Below, piece after piece: positions 46,314-56,374 of a stretch of 64,000 nucleotides of DNA. Under the pieces are notes generated by a model. The model was given only the letters and a program-made list of their open reading frames with translations, was not told the DNA's origin and did no database searches. Numbering within the stretch: the first letter of the stretch is position 1; the number at the start of each line of letters is the position of its first letter. The translations under genes were made by a program, and so were the position numbers. Origin of the DNA: a virus; IMG/VR virus record IMGVR_UViG_3300027887_000463, positions 9,371 to 73,370 of that record; one strand, 5' to 3'.

Positions 46314-49300
46314 ATGGTAAATAAGCTAGATCCAGGTCTCCAGTCTAAGAACATCCAAGAAGCTATAGCAAATGTGATTAAATCACAGTTTCCTATTCAG
46401 GGTCGATATCAAACCTTGGAGCTTGTTGGGCCCCTAACAATTCAAGATGATTTAGATGATCAAGATTTTCCTGCTCAGCGTGAAGCCAAGCTCAGCGGAA
46501 GATCCTGGCAAGTTCCTGTGTACGGAACTTTCCGCCTCACTGATAATAAAACTGGAAATGTTATTGATGAAGCTAAGGATATAAAGGTCGCCAATATTCC
46601 TAAGCTTACGGATCGTTTCTCCATGCTCATCGAAGGTAATGAATATACTACGATGAATCAATTTCGTCTCAAGCCAGGAATTTATACTCGTAAAAAAGCT
46701 AACGACGAAATGGAGTCTCAATTTAATCTTGCCGTAGGTTATAACTTCAAAATGATGATGGATCCGGCAGATGGTATCTTCTATTTATATATTGGAAACC
46801 AGAAGTTCCACCTGTATACCCTGCTTCGTGCTTTTGGCGCCTCAGAAAACGAGATGATTAAATCCTGGGGCAATGCTCTGTTTGATAAAAACAAAAATGC
46901 TGGCCTCAACGAAGAGGGAAAAGAAATACCTCTGATGTGGGAGAAGTTGAAGAGACAAAAACTTCCATACGAAGAAGCTCTCAATGCTTTAAAGGATTAT
47001 TTCGATAAGACCAGAATTGATGTTGATACCACAGAAATTACCCTTGGTCGTGGAGTAGATCGTGTTACTCCAGATGCATTACTTCTTACTTCATCTAAAC
47101 TCTTACGTGTTCTACGTGGAGACGAGCCAGAAGATGAGCGCGATAGCCTAGTCTTCAAAGATCTCTATACCGTCGATGATCTTGTTCAAAAACATATCGA
47201 GAAGCGTGCTCCGAATATTCAAAAGAATCTTTTAGCCAGAACAGACCATAAGCAATCAATAAGAGAAATCATCTCACCAGATACTTATACCAAAGATATT
47301 AAGTCTTTTTTCACGCAAGGTGACTTAAGTAACCCATCCCCACAGACTAACCCCGTCGAGATGTTGGGCGAGTGGCGGAAGACTACTATCACAGGCACGG
47401 GTGGTATTCAGAGTTCACATGCCATCACCTTCAAAACTCGTGACATTCACCCAACACACTTGGGTTTTGTTGATCCTCTTAATACTCCAGAGTCGGGTAA
47501 AGTAGGTGTAACCCTTCCTCTAGCTATGCATGTTGAGAAACATGGAAAAGATATTAAGACACGATTGGTTACTCCAGAAGGAAAAGATATATTTGCCACA
47601 CCAGTAGAATTCTACAAAATGAAGGTCGGATTTCCAGATCAGCATGTTGAGGGTAAAGCTAAAGGCACCATGATTAAGGCGATGTATCGTGGGCAATCTG
47701 TGGTTCTTCCTGCCAAAGATATTGATGCATATATTCTTGACCCAACAAGTATGTTTGCTTGGACAACTAACCTTGTTCCATTCTTAGGACATAACTCGGG
47801 TAACCGCGCCCTCGTGGCCGCTAAAATGGTAACTCAAAGTGTCCCATTGAAAGCTCCAGAAACTCCTCTGGTAAAAGTTGTTGGACAAACCGGAGAAACG
47901 CTTGATTCAGTATTAGGCACGTTCTTAAAACCTAAGGTTCCTAAAGGATTTGGAACAGCCACTGTAATGAAGATCGATGATGACTACATTCATATAAGAA
48001 ATGAAAAGGGCGATCGTCATAAAGTTGGTTTATACAAAGACTTCCCGCTAAATCAAGAATCTTTTATTAATTCACGAGTTCTAGTTGATATCGGGCAGAA
48101 AGTCAAGGAGGGTGAACCTCTAGCGGATACTAACTTTTCAGACAAGAGTGGAAACTTTGCTCCTGGTGTAAATGTCAATGTTGCATATATGCCTTGGCAT
48201 GGATATAACTACGAGGACGGTATTGTTGTTACAGATTCTCTTTCCAAACGTTTTACATCAACTGTAATGTTGAAAAAGAATCTGCAGGTAGGGAAGGATA
48301 GTATTCTAGACCTAAAGAAATTTGTTTCATATTATCCTAAAGAATTGACGGTTGCCAACATTGAGAAAATGGATGATACAGGAGTAATAAAGGAGGGCGT
48401 TCGTATTGAGCCCGGTGAAACACTTATTGCTCATCTAAGCAAAATGGATCTAACGGATACACAAAAGATCCTAAAAAATATGAATCGTGTATTATCCAAT
48501 CCTTATCGTAATCAATCTCTTACCTGGGATGGAGAAAATCCAGGTGTTGTAACCCACGTTAGAAAAGTAGGAAATACTTATCAAATTCATGTGAAGGAAG
48601 AGCAACCACTCAAGGTTGGGGATAAGCTAGCCGCTCGGTATGGGGATAAAGGTATTGTTACGAAGATCATTTCAGATTCCGAAGCACCCCATACCAAAGA
48701 TGGAAATCGTATAGATATGATGGTTAATATTCATGGTGTAGTAGGCCGTATGAATATGGGGCAGCTACTTGAAGCAGCTGCTGGTCGAATCGCTATGAAG
48801 ACAGGCAAGCCTTTCTTAGTAAAGAACTTTGCTGACCGAGATTATCTATCTGATATTATGGCTGAAATGAAGAAGTTAAAACTTGAACCTAATGAGACGC
48901 TTCTGGATGGAGCAACGGGTAAGCCATTTGAAAAACCAGTCTTCTGGGGCAATAAGCATTATCTAAAGCTGATGCATGTAGTTGATCATAAGTACAAAGC
49001 TCGTGGAATCCCCGGATCTTATGATGCAAATGAGCAACCCGTCCATGGCGAGGTCGGAGGACAATCAGTTGATCCTCTACAGATGTATTCGTATCTTGCG
49101 CACGGTGCACGAGAGAATCTATATGAATTTACCGCGGTGAAAGGTCAGAAGAATGACGAGTATTGGCGTGCGCTACAGCTCGGTCTTCCGCCTCCTCCAC
49201 CCCAAAGAAACTTTGTCTTTGATAAGTTCATTAATTATATCAAGGCAGCTGGGGTTAATGTTGAGAAGAATGGAACTCGGTTTAAACTATTCCCAGCCAC

Positions 49301-52300
49301 CTCAGATGATATGTTAAAATGGTCTGCTGGCGAGCTTACAGATCCTGGTCATATGTTACGTGGAAAAGATCTTAGTGAAATTAAGGGTGGTTTATACGAC
49401 CCGAAATTAACGGGAGGGCTGCGAGGTACTAACTGGACCCACTTCAAACTAGAAGAGCCGATCCCCAATCCATTATATGAAAATGCAGTTAAGTCAATCT
49501 TAGGGCTAAATACACCTGCATTTGAACGTATCATCAATGAAGATGATAAAGATTCAAAGATGAAAGGTAACCAGCGTATAGCCAAAATGCTTTCGGATAT
49601 TGATATAGATGAAGAATTAGCCAAAGCTAAGGACGCCCTAAAGACAGCTGGACCTACACAAGTTAACACTTTGAACAAAAGGATTCGTTTCCTATCAGTG
49701 TTGAAGGAGCGTAATTTACGTCCTGAAAAAGCATATATGATGGAATTGATACCAGTACTTCCTCCAATTTATAGGCCAGTTTATCCATTACCTTCCGGAG
49801 ATACACAGAATTCTCCAATTAATTATCACTATCGTGACGTAGCTGTGTTGAATCAGTCTATAAAAGATATAAAAGCACAAGGTCATTTGATAGATGAGTT
49901 GGAACAGAACAGAAAGAATAGATCTGACTTATACAAATCTGTAAAAGCTTTAATGGGATTAGCAGAGCCCATCACCTTTACTACTCGTCAATATGAAGGA
50001 CTTCTTGGAACTCTTGCCGGAGATTCTCCAAAGCAAGGATTCATTCAGAACAAGTCCTGGTCGAAACGTCAAGATTTATCGGCTCGGTCCACGATCACAG
50101 TGGAACCTTCGCTCGGTATCGATCAAGTTGGATTGCCTGACGTCATGTTGAAAGATCTCTTTAAACCGTTTGTTATGAGAGAAATTGTACGCCAAGGTTA
50201 CAAACCAACTGAAGCCTTAGAACAGATAAAAACCTGGACTCCTGTAGCGGAACAAGCTCTGAATAATGCTATTAAACAGCGGCCCGTTATGCTTAACCGG
50301 GCACCATCTCTTCATAAGCATTCAGTACAGGCATTCTGGCCACAGAGATTTGAAGGACAAAGTATTCGTGTAAGTCCATTGACAGCAAAAGGATTTAACT
50401 TTGACTTTGATGGCGACACCATGTCAGTACACGTTCCTGTGTCTGAAAAAGCTGTGGAAGAAGCTAAAGGCATGCTGCCAACAAAGAATCTCTACAAAGC
50501 CGGCGATCGTCAGCATATGATTAATATTGAACAGGATTACCAGCTTGGTCTTTATTATTTATCACAGCTCGGAGCAGATACTGGAAAACGATTTTCTTCT
50601 ATTAGCAAGGCAATAAAGGAAGTTAAGGATCGTAATACTACCTTTACTTTAGATGGTAAAAAGATGAGTATCGGACAATGGGAAATTAACGACCCACTTC
50701 CTGATGCTTTGAAAGATTATACGCGACTCATGGATTCAAAAGCCGTCAAAGGTTTAGTAGATACATTATTTATGAAATATCCCGGTTATCTTGGAACTGT
50801 TATTGATACCTGGAAGGAGCTCGGAAGAAACTACGCAGTTCAAAGAGGTAGTACCGTGTCCATTACAGATATGGTCGTTGATCGCAGTTACAGGGATAAG
50901 ATCTTAAAAGATTATGAAGCTAAAATTAAGCCTGGTATGGATAAATATGAAGTCTCAAAGATCTATGGTGATGCTAAAGCTGAGATGGAAGAGGCTCAAG
51001 AAAAGCTTCTAAAGGGGAAGAACAACTTTTATGATATGTTACAAGCTGGAAGTACTTCGAAGAAGGGTCAGGTTACACAGATCCTTTCCATGCCGGGCAT
51101 TATGATGGACGTTCACGGAGAGCCAATTCCACATCCTGTAAAGAAATCTTGGTCAGAAGGTCTTGATACATTTGATTATTGGAACCAGTCTTATGGTGCC
51201 CGTAAAGGTGTTGTGGATCGTTCCGTTAATACTCAAGATTCTGGAGCTTTAAATAAAGAACTTCTATTTACTACTAAGAGTTTATTAGTTATTGAAGAAG
51301 ATTGTGGAACTCCAGAGGGTATTATATTAGATACTGATTCCAAAGAAGTTATGGATCGATTTCTTTCAAGTGATGTTCCGGGCGTTGGTAAGAGAAATGA
51401 TCTTGTTACAAATGAGCGTATGTTAAAAGCGAAAACAAAGAAAATAGAAAAACTTCCAGTACGATCATCTCTCACCTGTGAAGCTGAGGGCGGAGTTTGT
51501 CAGAAATGTTATGGCCTTATGGCAAACGGACAACTTGCTCGTATAGGAGAAAATGTAGGAGTTATTGACTCTGAGGCTGTTACTGAACGTTCTACTCAAT
51601 TACAAATGCAGACTTTCCATACTGGGGGTGTTGCAGGCGGAGGGGCAGCAGTAACATTAGGGTTCCCTAGATTGGAAGAGCTCTTGTATGTTCCACAGAA
51701 GATTCGAGACGCAGCGGTTCTTTCGCGAGAAGATGGTATTGTTACTCAAATTACAGAGAATCCAGCAGGAGGAAAAAATCTCTTCATTGGTCGTAGTGAG
51801 TACTATATTCCAAGAGAGAGACGTCTAGACGTTTCCGTCGGCTCTCGAGTAAAACGTGGTGATCGTTTAACAGATGGTTCCATTAAGCCACAGGAATTGT
51901 CGGAATTAAAAGAGCATCTTACAGCCCAGCAATATATAGCAGATGAAATCAATAAGATTTATGAGAATAAATTTGCAAGGAAAACTTTTGAAACCGTTTT
52001 ACGTGGTGTAGCAAATAATGCCGAAATAACAAATATTCCTGAAGAAGTAGAAGCAAGTGCTAATTTTATGCGGGGCGATACAGTACCGATAACTCGTGTA
52101 AAGAAATTAAATAGAGAGCTACTTGCTGAAGGAAAACCACAGATAGAATATAAGCCATTCTTTAAATCTATCTCTGTACTCCCATTACATAGTGACGATT
52201 GGCTAAGTAGATTAACAACAAACAGATTAAAACAAACTATCCAAGAGGCAGCTTCTATGGGTATGGAGAGCGATGTTAAGGGCACAGACCCGATGTCTGC

Positions 52301-52361
52301 TTATCTATATGGACTTGATTTTGGAAAAGATGTTGATCCAACAAAGAAGAAATTCTATTAA
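46314..52361 (+). CDS. Fused beta-beta' multisubunit RNA polymerase catalytic subunit (RpoB-RpoC-like single polypeptide, about 2015 aa)
   Basis: RpoB-like segments (FLGHNSGNRALVAAKMVTQSVPL; YMPWHGYNYEDGIVV; AARYGDKGIVTKI...RMNMGQLLE; GGQSVDPLQMYSYLAHGA) followed by an RpoC-like catalytic region (NRAPSLHKHSVQAFWP...FNFDFDGDTMSVHVPVS = NADFDGD motif). ATG 46314 with RBS preferred over the upstream TTG used in the ORF track. Confidence 0.8.
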   Translation: MVNKLDPGLQSKNIQEAIANVIKSQFPIQGRYQTLELVGPLTIQDDLDDQDFPAQREAKLSGRSWQVPVYGTFRLTDNKTGNVIDEAKDIKVANIPKLTDRFSMLIEGNEYTTMNQFRLKPGIYTRKKANDEMESQFNLAVGYNFKMMMDPADGIFYLYIGNQKFHLYTLLRAFGASENEMIKSWGNALFDKNKNAGLNEEGKEIPLMWEKLKRQKLPYEEALNALKDYFDKTRIDVDTTEITLGRGVDRVTPDALLLTSSKLLRVLRGDEPEDERDSLVFKDLYTVDDLVQKHIEKRAPNIQKNLLARTDHKQSIREIISPDTYTKDIKSFFTQGDLSNPSPQTNPVEMLGEWRKTTITGTGGIQSSHAITFKTRDIHPTHLGFVDPLNTPESGKVGVTLPLAMHVEKHGKDIKTRLVTPEGKDIFATPVEFYKMKVGFPDQHVEGKAKGTMIKAMYRGQSVVLPAKDIDAYILDPTSMFAWTTNLVPFLGHNSGNRALVAAKMVTQSVPLKAPETPLVKVVGQTGETLDSVLGTFLKPKVPKGFGTATVMKIDDDYIHIRNEKGDRHKVGLYKDFPLNQESFINSRVLVDIGQKVKEGEPLADTNFSDKSGNFAPGVNVNVAYMPWHGYNYEDGIVVTDSLSKRFTSTVMLKKNLQVGKDSILDLKKFVSYYPKELTVANIEKMDDTGVIKEGVRIEPGETLIAHLSKMDLTDTQKILKNMNRVLSNPYRNQSLTWDGENPGVVTHVRKVGNTYQIHVKEEQPLKVGDKLAARYGDKGIVTKIISDSEAPHTKDGNRIDMMVNIHGVVGRMNMGQLLEAAAGRIAMKTGKPFLVKNFADRDYLSDIMAEMKKLKLEPNETLLDGATGKPFEKPVFWGNKHYLKLMHVVDHKYKARGIPGSYDANEQPVHGEVGGQSVDPLQMYSYLAHGARENLYEFTAVKGQKNDEYWRALQLGLPPPPPQRNFVFDKFINYIKAAGVNVEKNGTRFKLFPATSDDMLKWSAGELTDPGHMLRGKDLSEIKGGLYDPKLTGGLRGTNWTHFKLEEPIPNPLYENAVKSILGLNTPAFERIINEDDKDSKMKGNQRIAKMLSDIDIDEELAKAKDALKTAGPTQVNTLNKRIRFLSVLKERNLRPEKAYMMELIPVLPPIYRPVYPLPSGDTQNSPINYHYRDVAVLNQSIKDIKAQGHLIDELEQNRKNRSDLYKSVKALMGLAEPITFTTRQYEGLLGTLAGDSPKQGFIQNKSWSKRQDLSARSTITVEPSLGIDQVGLPDVMLKDLFKPFVMREIVRQGYKPTEALEQIKTWTPVAEQALNNAIKQRPVMLNRAPSLHKHSVQAFWPQRFEGQSIRVSPLTAKGFNFDFDGDTMSVHVPVSEKAVEEAKGMLPTKNLYKAGDRQHMINIEQDYQLGLYYLSQLGADTGKRFSSISKAIKEVKDRNTTFTLDGKKMSIGQWEINDPLPDALKDYTRLMDSKAVKGLVDTLFMKYPGYLGTVIDTWKELGRNYAVQRGSTVSITDMVVDRSYRDKILKDYEAKIKPGMDKYEVSKIYGDAKAEMEEAQEKLLKGKNNFYDMLQAGSTSKKGQVTQILSMPGIMMDVHGEPIPHPVKKSWSEGLDTFDYWNQSYGARKGVVDRSVNTQDSGALNKELLFTTKSLLVIEEDCGTPEGIILDTDSKEVMDRFLSSDVPGVGKRNDLVTNERMLKAKTKKIEKLPVRSSLTCEAEGGVCQKCYGLMANGQLARIGENVGVIDSEAVTERSTQLQMQTFHTGGVAGGGAAVTLGFPRLEELLYVPQKIRDAAVLSREDGIVTQITENPAGGKNLFIGRSEYYIPRERRLDVSVGSRVKRGDRLTDGSIKPQELSELKEHLTAQQYIADEINKIYENKFARKTFETVLRGVANNAEITNIPEEVEASANFMRGDTVPITRVKKLNRELLAEGKPQIEYKPFFKSISVLPLHSDDWLSRLTTNRLKQTIQEAASMGMESDVKGTDPMSAYLYGLDFGKDVDPTKKKFY

Positions 52362-52373
52362 GGTAAAAAAATA

Positions 52374-52398
52374 AAAGGGGAGTTTCGGCTCCCCTTTT
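52374..52398. terminator. Bidirectional rho-independent terminator
   Basis: AAAAAAATAAAA-GGGGAG-TTTCGG-CTCCCC-TTTT between convergent genes. Confidence 0.7.
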
Positions 52399-52404
52399 AC
52401 TTTA

Positions 52405-52770
52405 CTACTCCAGCGGCTCGCCCATCCCAAATGATCCTACCCACAGCCTTTCTCCTCCACCAAAAGACATCTCGAAGCAATCCGAGTGTACCTTCTTTAG
52501 AAGAGCCGACATCTCCCAGCCGTATACAAGAATAAGATGCTTCACGTGCTTCATCGCATCTGCACTTGTTTTACCCGCAATTACATCTTCTACGGTGACT
52601 GTGAAATAGTCTGCCTGGGCTGCTTCATTGGGAATCGTAGCAAACGCCTCAAGATCAGGATTCGTAATTAGAATCTGACCTTTGGATGGAGAAACTGTAT
52701 AAATCTCTCCATAAGGCGTTCTACTATACATGCCCAGCGGCTGATTATTGAAATCAACTAAATAGATCAT
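52405..52770 (-). CDS. Hypothetical protein (121 aa)
   Basis: ORF; ATGA overlap with the upstream gene. Confidence 0.45.
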   Translation of the reverse strand: MIYLVDFNNQPLGMYSRTPYGEIYTVSPSKGQILITNPDLEAFATIPNEAAQADYFTVTVEDVIAGKTSADAMKHVKHLILVYGWEMSALLKKVHSDCFEMSFGGGERLWVGSFGMGEPLE

Positions 52771-53732
52771 TCTCCGAGTTTCACTGCACTCCAGATGGTT
52801 TCGAAGGAAAGGGCTGTTCCCTTCTTCGGACCAATTGTCTGAACCTTGAGGTTCTTCCAGCTGGCATCACCATCTGCTTTACGTTCCTGTGTGTTGAGTT
52901 CCTTTACGTTAGGATACGTATAGGGCTCAAGCTGTTCATTGTAAAGATTGGAGTTTACAATTGTGACATAGTGCTTCACGGAATTATAAACTTTTCTCAT
53001 TAACACAACACGAACAGCACCAGGATTGGTCTGGAAGTATAGCTGGGCGATAAGATCATCGCTTCCATAGCGATCTGACTCGATGAGGATCAAAGCAGAA
53101 AGATCGTTATGAAAAATCACATCATACTTGAGATTTGGATAGTTTCGTTCGACTGCTTCCATTTCTCCAATATGTGTATGCCAGTAGTCTTCCTGATCTG
53201 TCAGATAATGCCAGCAGGATTCGGTCCTTGGCTTTCCAGGAAGATCCTTAAATGGAAAAGGAAATTCATTGAGAAAGTTATTCAAAAGCCTTGGACGTTG
53301 CTGTTTAACGAAGGTGTACTTGTCCGCAGTCCACTCCGAAAGCTCCCCAATCAATGCGGAAAGCTTGGTGCCAGAAATCAGCACGTCTTGACGAGTTTCT
53401 GATTCCAGCAAAACTGCAGCCAGAGAATCGTCGGGAGTGATGTCATAAATCGGACGATACAACACGGGCGGTTCCCATTTGGGGTTGTGAGTCATAAATG
53501 AGAACGCCTGGCCAGCGATTGACATCAAACTGGCACGCTCTTCCGGCTTGTGCAATCTCTGCACACCGAAAGTTACTGCCTTGAGCGTGGGATAGAAACG
53601 AAATTGAGGAAACCCATCCTTTGTCAAGGTTCCGGCATTCGTAATATTCAGCCCGATAATGGCAGTATTTGGAGCGACCTGTATATTGGTCAACTCGCTG
53701 TTATCCTTGGCATTGAGAAATATAACTTTCAT
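52767..53732 (-). CDS. Hypothetical protein (321 aa)
   Basis: ORF with no recognisable motif. Confidence 0.45.
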   Translation of the reverse strand: MKVIFLNAKDNSELTNIQVAPNTAIIGLNITNAGTLTKDGFPQFRFYPTLKAVTFGVQRLHKPEERASLMSIAGQAFSFMTHNPKWEPPVLYRPIYDITPDDSLAAVLLESETRQDVLISGTKLSALIGELSEWTADKYTFVKQQRPRLLNNFLNEFPFPFKDLPGKPRTESCWHYLTDQEDYWHTHIGEMEAVERNYPNLKYDVIFHNDLSALILIESDRYGSDDLIAQLYFQTNPGAVRVVLMRKVYNSVKHYVTIVNSNLYNEQLEPYTYPNVKELNTQERKADGDASWKNLKVQTIGPKKGTALSFETIWSAVKLGE

Positions 53733-53791
53733 GTGAGAAAGCTCCTTTGTAAGATTTATGAAAAGCTATGGCGGGAATAGTCCCGCCATTA

Positions 53792-55960
53792 TTATTTGTT
53801 CACAACGACAACCTTTCCGTCGACCAGTTGAACTTCAAATGACCTTGCATCTGGATTCTCCAGAAGAAGATCTGCCATCTTTGATTCAACTTCCTTTTCA
53901 ATCAATCGACGCATTGGTCGAGCACCATATTCCGTAGAGTAGCCCTTTTCCAAGAACCAGTCTTCGGCTTCTGGTGTAAAGCTCATCGTAAACCGTTCGT
54001 TGATATCGTTTACCATAAGCTTCATGATCTGTCTCATACTGTCCTTATCGAGACGATTAAAGGTAACAATCTCGTCAAGGCGGTTGAGAAACTCCGGCTT
54101 GAAAAAGCTCTTCAACGCCGCCTTAAGATTCTTCTTCATATCATCATCTGCTGATGTTTCAGAGAATCCAAGGTTACGTTTTCCGGCGCTCTCAACACCG
54201 ATGTTTGACGTGATAATGATAATAGTATTTTTGAAACTGACAACCCTCCCTTGAGAATCAGTCAGAATACCATCATCAAAAATCTGAAGAAGCACATTGA
54301 ATACATCCGGATGCGCTTTCTCTATCTCATCAAACAATACAACTGAATACGGCTTCTTACGAACTTTCTCTGTAAGCTTTCCACCGCTATCATCGTATCC
54401 GATGTATCCCGGAGGAGCTCCGATAAGCGAAGAGATGGTGAACCGATCAAAGAATTCACTCATATCCAAACGAATCATTGCCTGTTCCGAATCAAACAGA
54501 TATCTAGCCAACTGTCTGGCCATCTCTGTTTTTCCAACCCCAGTAGGTCCAATGAAGAGGAAGGTGCTTGGGCGTTTATCGCTTTTGACACCGGTGCGTT
54601 TCCGTTTAATTGAGTTGGATACAGCTTGAATAGCATCTGGCTGTCCAACCAATCTTCCAGAAAGATCGGTATCAATGTGCTTTAACTTTTCCCGTTCCGA
54701 CTTATTGAGATTGGTGATAGGAACACCGGTTGTCTTCGAAACTACTCCTCGAATGATATCATTGTCGACCTGGACTGTGCCAGCGAGTTTTGCGACTGCC
54801 GCAGCTTCATCCAAAACGTCAATGGCTTTATCAGGAAGGAAACGATCCTGAATATAGCGTTCGGTGAGTTCAATAATGGTTGGAATAGCTTCCTGTGGAA
54901 TTTCCACCCCGTGATAAAGTTCATAGACATATTTGATTTGGCCGAGAATCTGTGCGGTTTCCTCCAGGGTTGGTTGCTCAATCATCACCTTCTGAAATCT
55001 CCGCTCCAACGCTCCATCCTTCTCGACATGCTTGCGAAATTCATTGGCAGTAGTTGCGCCAATGCATTTAATGTATCCACGTGATAGTGCCGGCTTGATG
55101 ATGTTTGCAGCATCACCAGTTCCCTCAGTACCTCCCGTACCCATAAGGGAATGCATCTCATCGATAAACAGAATGATATCAGGATTCTTCATCAGTTCCT
55201 TGATAATCATCTGCATCCTCTGCTCGAATTGTCCCCTGTACTGCGTTCCCGCAATAATGGAGTTGATGTCAAGTGAAAGGATTCTTTTGTTGAGAAGCAT
55301 TTTGGGAACATTACCCGCAGCGACGCGCATTGCCAGACCTTCGACAATAGCGGTCTTTCCCACGCCTGGCTCACCGATCAACGCAGGGTTGTTCTTCTTC
55401 CTGCGTGCTAGGATCTCGATGACACGTGAGATTTCGGATTCGCGTCCGATGACCGGATCTAACTTATTCTCCTGAGCCAGAATCGTCAGATCCATCGAAA
55501 AAGCATTTAGTGCCGGAGTGTTTTGTGAACTTGTCCGATCACTTGATACCTTTTTCTTTGGTTCTCCGACTTCAGTGTAGCCAACTTCATTGAGCATCTT
55601 GGACGCTACACTGTCTGGTGTACGATAGAGACTGTGAACTAAAGCATCTGCTTCTATTGTTCCGGTTATCGATATGAACTTGGCGAAGTTCAGAATATAA
55701 CGCATCGAATTCGAAACTTTCGGAAGAGGGTTCGTTACTGCAATATCCCTCTGTATTACACGGAATCGATCCGACAAGAGTGTACGAAGTTTACCAATGT
55801 TTGCCCCATTCTTGTTTAAAAGCGTAAGGCCTTCGTTATCACCTTGCTCCACGATTGCAAAAAGTAAGACTTCACTGGAAATTGTATCTTGGTTAAGCTC
55901 CGTCGCTTTCTTTCGAGCTAATCCAAAGATTTCCTCTGTCTTTGTTGAATACTGATTCAT
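53792..55960 (-). CDS. ClpA/ClpC-like two-ring AAA+ unfoldase (about 722 aa from MNQYSTK)
   Basis: N-terminal Clp_N repeat, D1 Walker A GEPGVGKTAIVEGLA, D2 Walker A GPTGVGKTEMARQLA, DRFLPDKAIDVLDEA; RBS AAAGGAG-N7-ATG at 55960. Confidence 0.85.
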   Translation of the reverse strand: MNQYSTKTEEIFGLARKKATELNQDTISSEVLLFAIVEQGDNEGLTLLNKNGANIGKLRTLLSDRFRVIQRDIAVTNPLPKVSNSMRYILNFAKFISITGTIEADALVHSLYRTPDSVASKMLNEVGYTEVGEPKKKVSSDRTSSQNTPALNAFSMDLTILAQENKLDPVIGRESEISRVIEILARRKKNNPALIGEPGVGKTAIVEGLAMRVAAGNVPKMLLNKRILSLDINSIIAGTQYRGQFEQRMQMIIKELMKNPDIILFIDEMHSLMGTGGTEGTGDAANIIKPALSRGYIKCIGATTANEFRKHVEKDGALERRFQKVMIEQPTLEETAQILGQIKYVYELYHGVEIPQEAIPTIIELTERYIQDRFLPDKAIDVLDEAAAVAKLAGTVQVDNDIIRGVVSKTTGVPITNLNKSEREKLKHIDTDLSGRLVGQPDAIQAVSNSIKRKRTGVKSDKRPSTFLFIGPTGVGKTEMARQLARYLFDSEQAMIRLDMSEFFDRFTISSLIGAPPGYIGYDDSGGKLTEKVRKKPYSVVLFDEIEKAHPDVFNVLLQIFDDGILTDSQGRVVSFKNTIIIITSNIGVESAGKRNLGFSETSADDDMKKNLKAALKSFFKPEFLNRLDEIVTFNRLDKDSMRQIMKLMVNDINERFTMSFTPEAEDWFLEKGYSTEYGARPMRRLIEKEVESKMADLLLENPDARSFEVQLVDGKVVVVNK

Positions 55961-56374
55961 AGTACTCCTTTTGTGAATAAAATTTGGAAGGCTGCGATCC
56001 GCAATCCTTGATAACATACCGTCCGATTATTAGGCCATCGGGGCCTATTATCATTCCTACTATTCCATACTGCTACCTGATCACGAAACGTAACCCTGGA
56101 ATGGGAAATGCATTCCGCGATTGGGATGACAACCTTCCCTTGAAAGGGATAACCTGGCCAGGACTAGAGCTTCTCCACAGCCCCTTTGCTAGGGTAGGGC
56201 CGTGTGTCTGAAAAGTACAGATACCCCTCCCCAGGTCCTTTGCCTGGGCGTTAGGGCTCATCAAAAGTCGAAGCGACTTTCTATAGCTTGATAGCTTCTT
56301 CAAACCAAATTGGCCGAAGAATCCTCATGCGCCCACCTCTACTCGTAGCCAAGCTCCCTAATTACTTCTTATCC
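55961..56374 (-). promoter_or_regulatory. About 410-nt untranslated, GC-elevated, hairpin-rich region upstream of the clpA-like gene (candidate structured leader or sRNA)
   Basis: No convincing ORF (two overlapping antisense 75-aa ORFs only); multiple G/C hairpins such as CCCAGG-TCCTTTGC-CTGGG and GCCC-TTTGCTAGGGTA-GGGC. Confidence 0.3.

Noticed and set aside
53733-53791. Terminator between the clpA-like gene and the 321-aa gene
   Set aside because: GGCGGGA-ATAG-TCCCGCC hairpin present, but no T-run on the coding (minus) strand
55961-56374. tRNA or tmRNA in the long clpA leader
   Set aside because: No GGTTCGAnTCC-like T-loop or acceptor/anticodon arm arrangement on either strand; left as an unclassified structured leader
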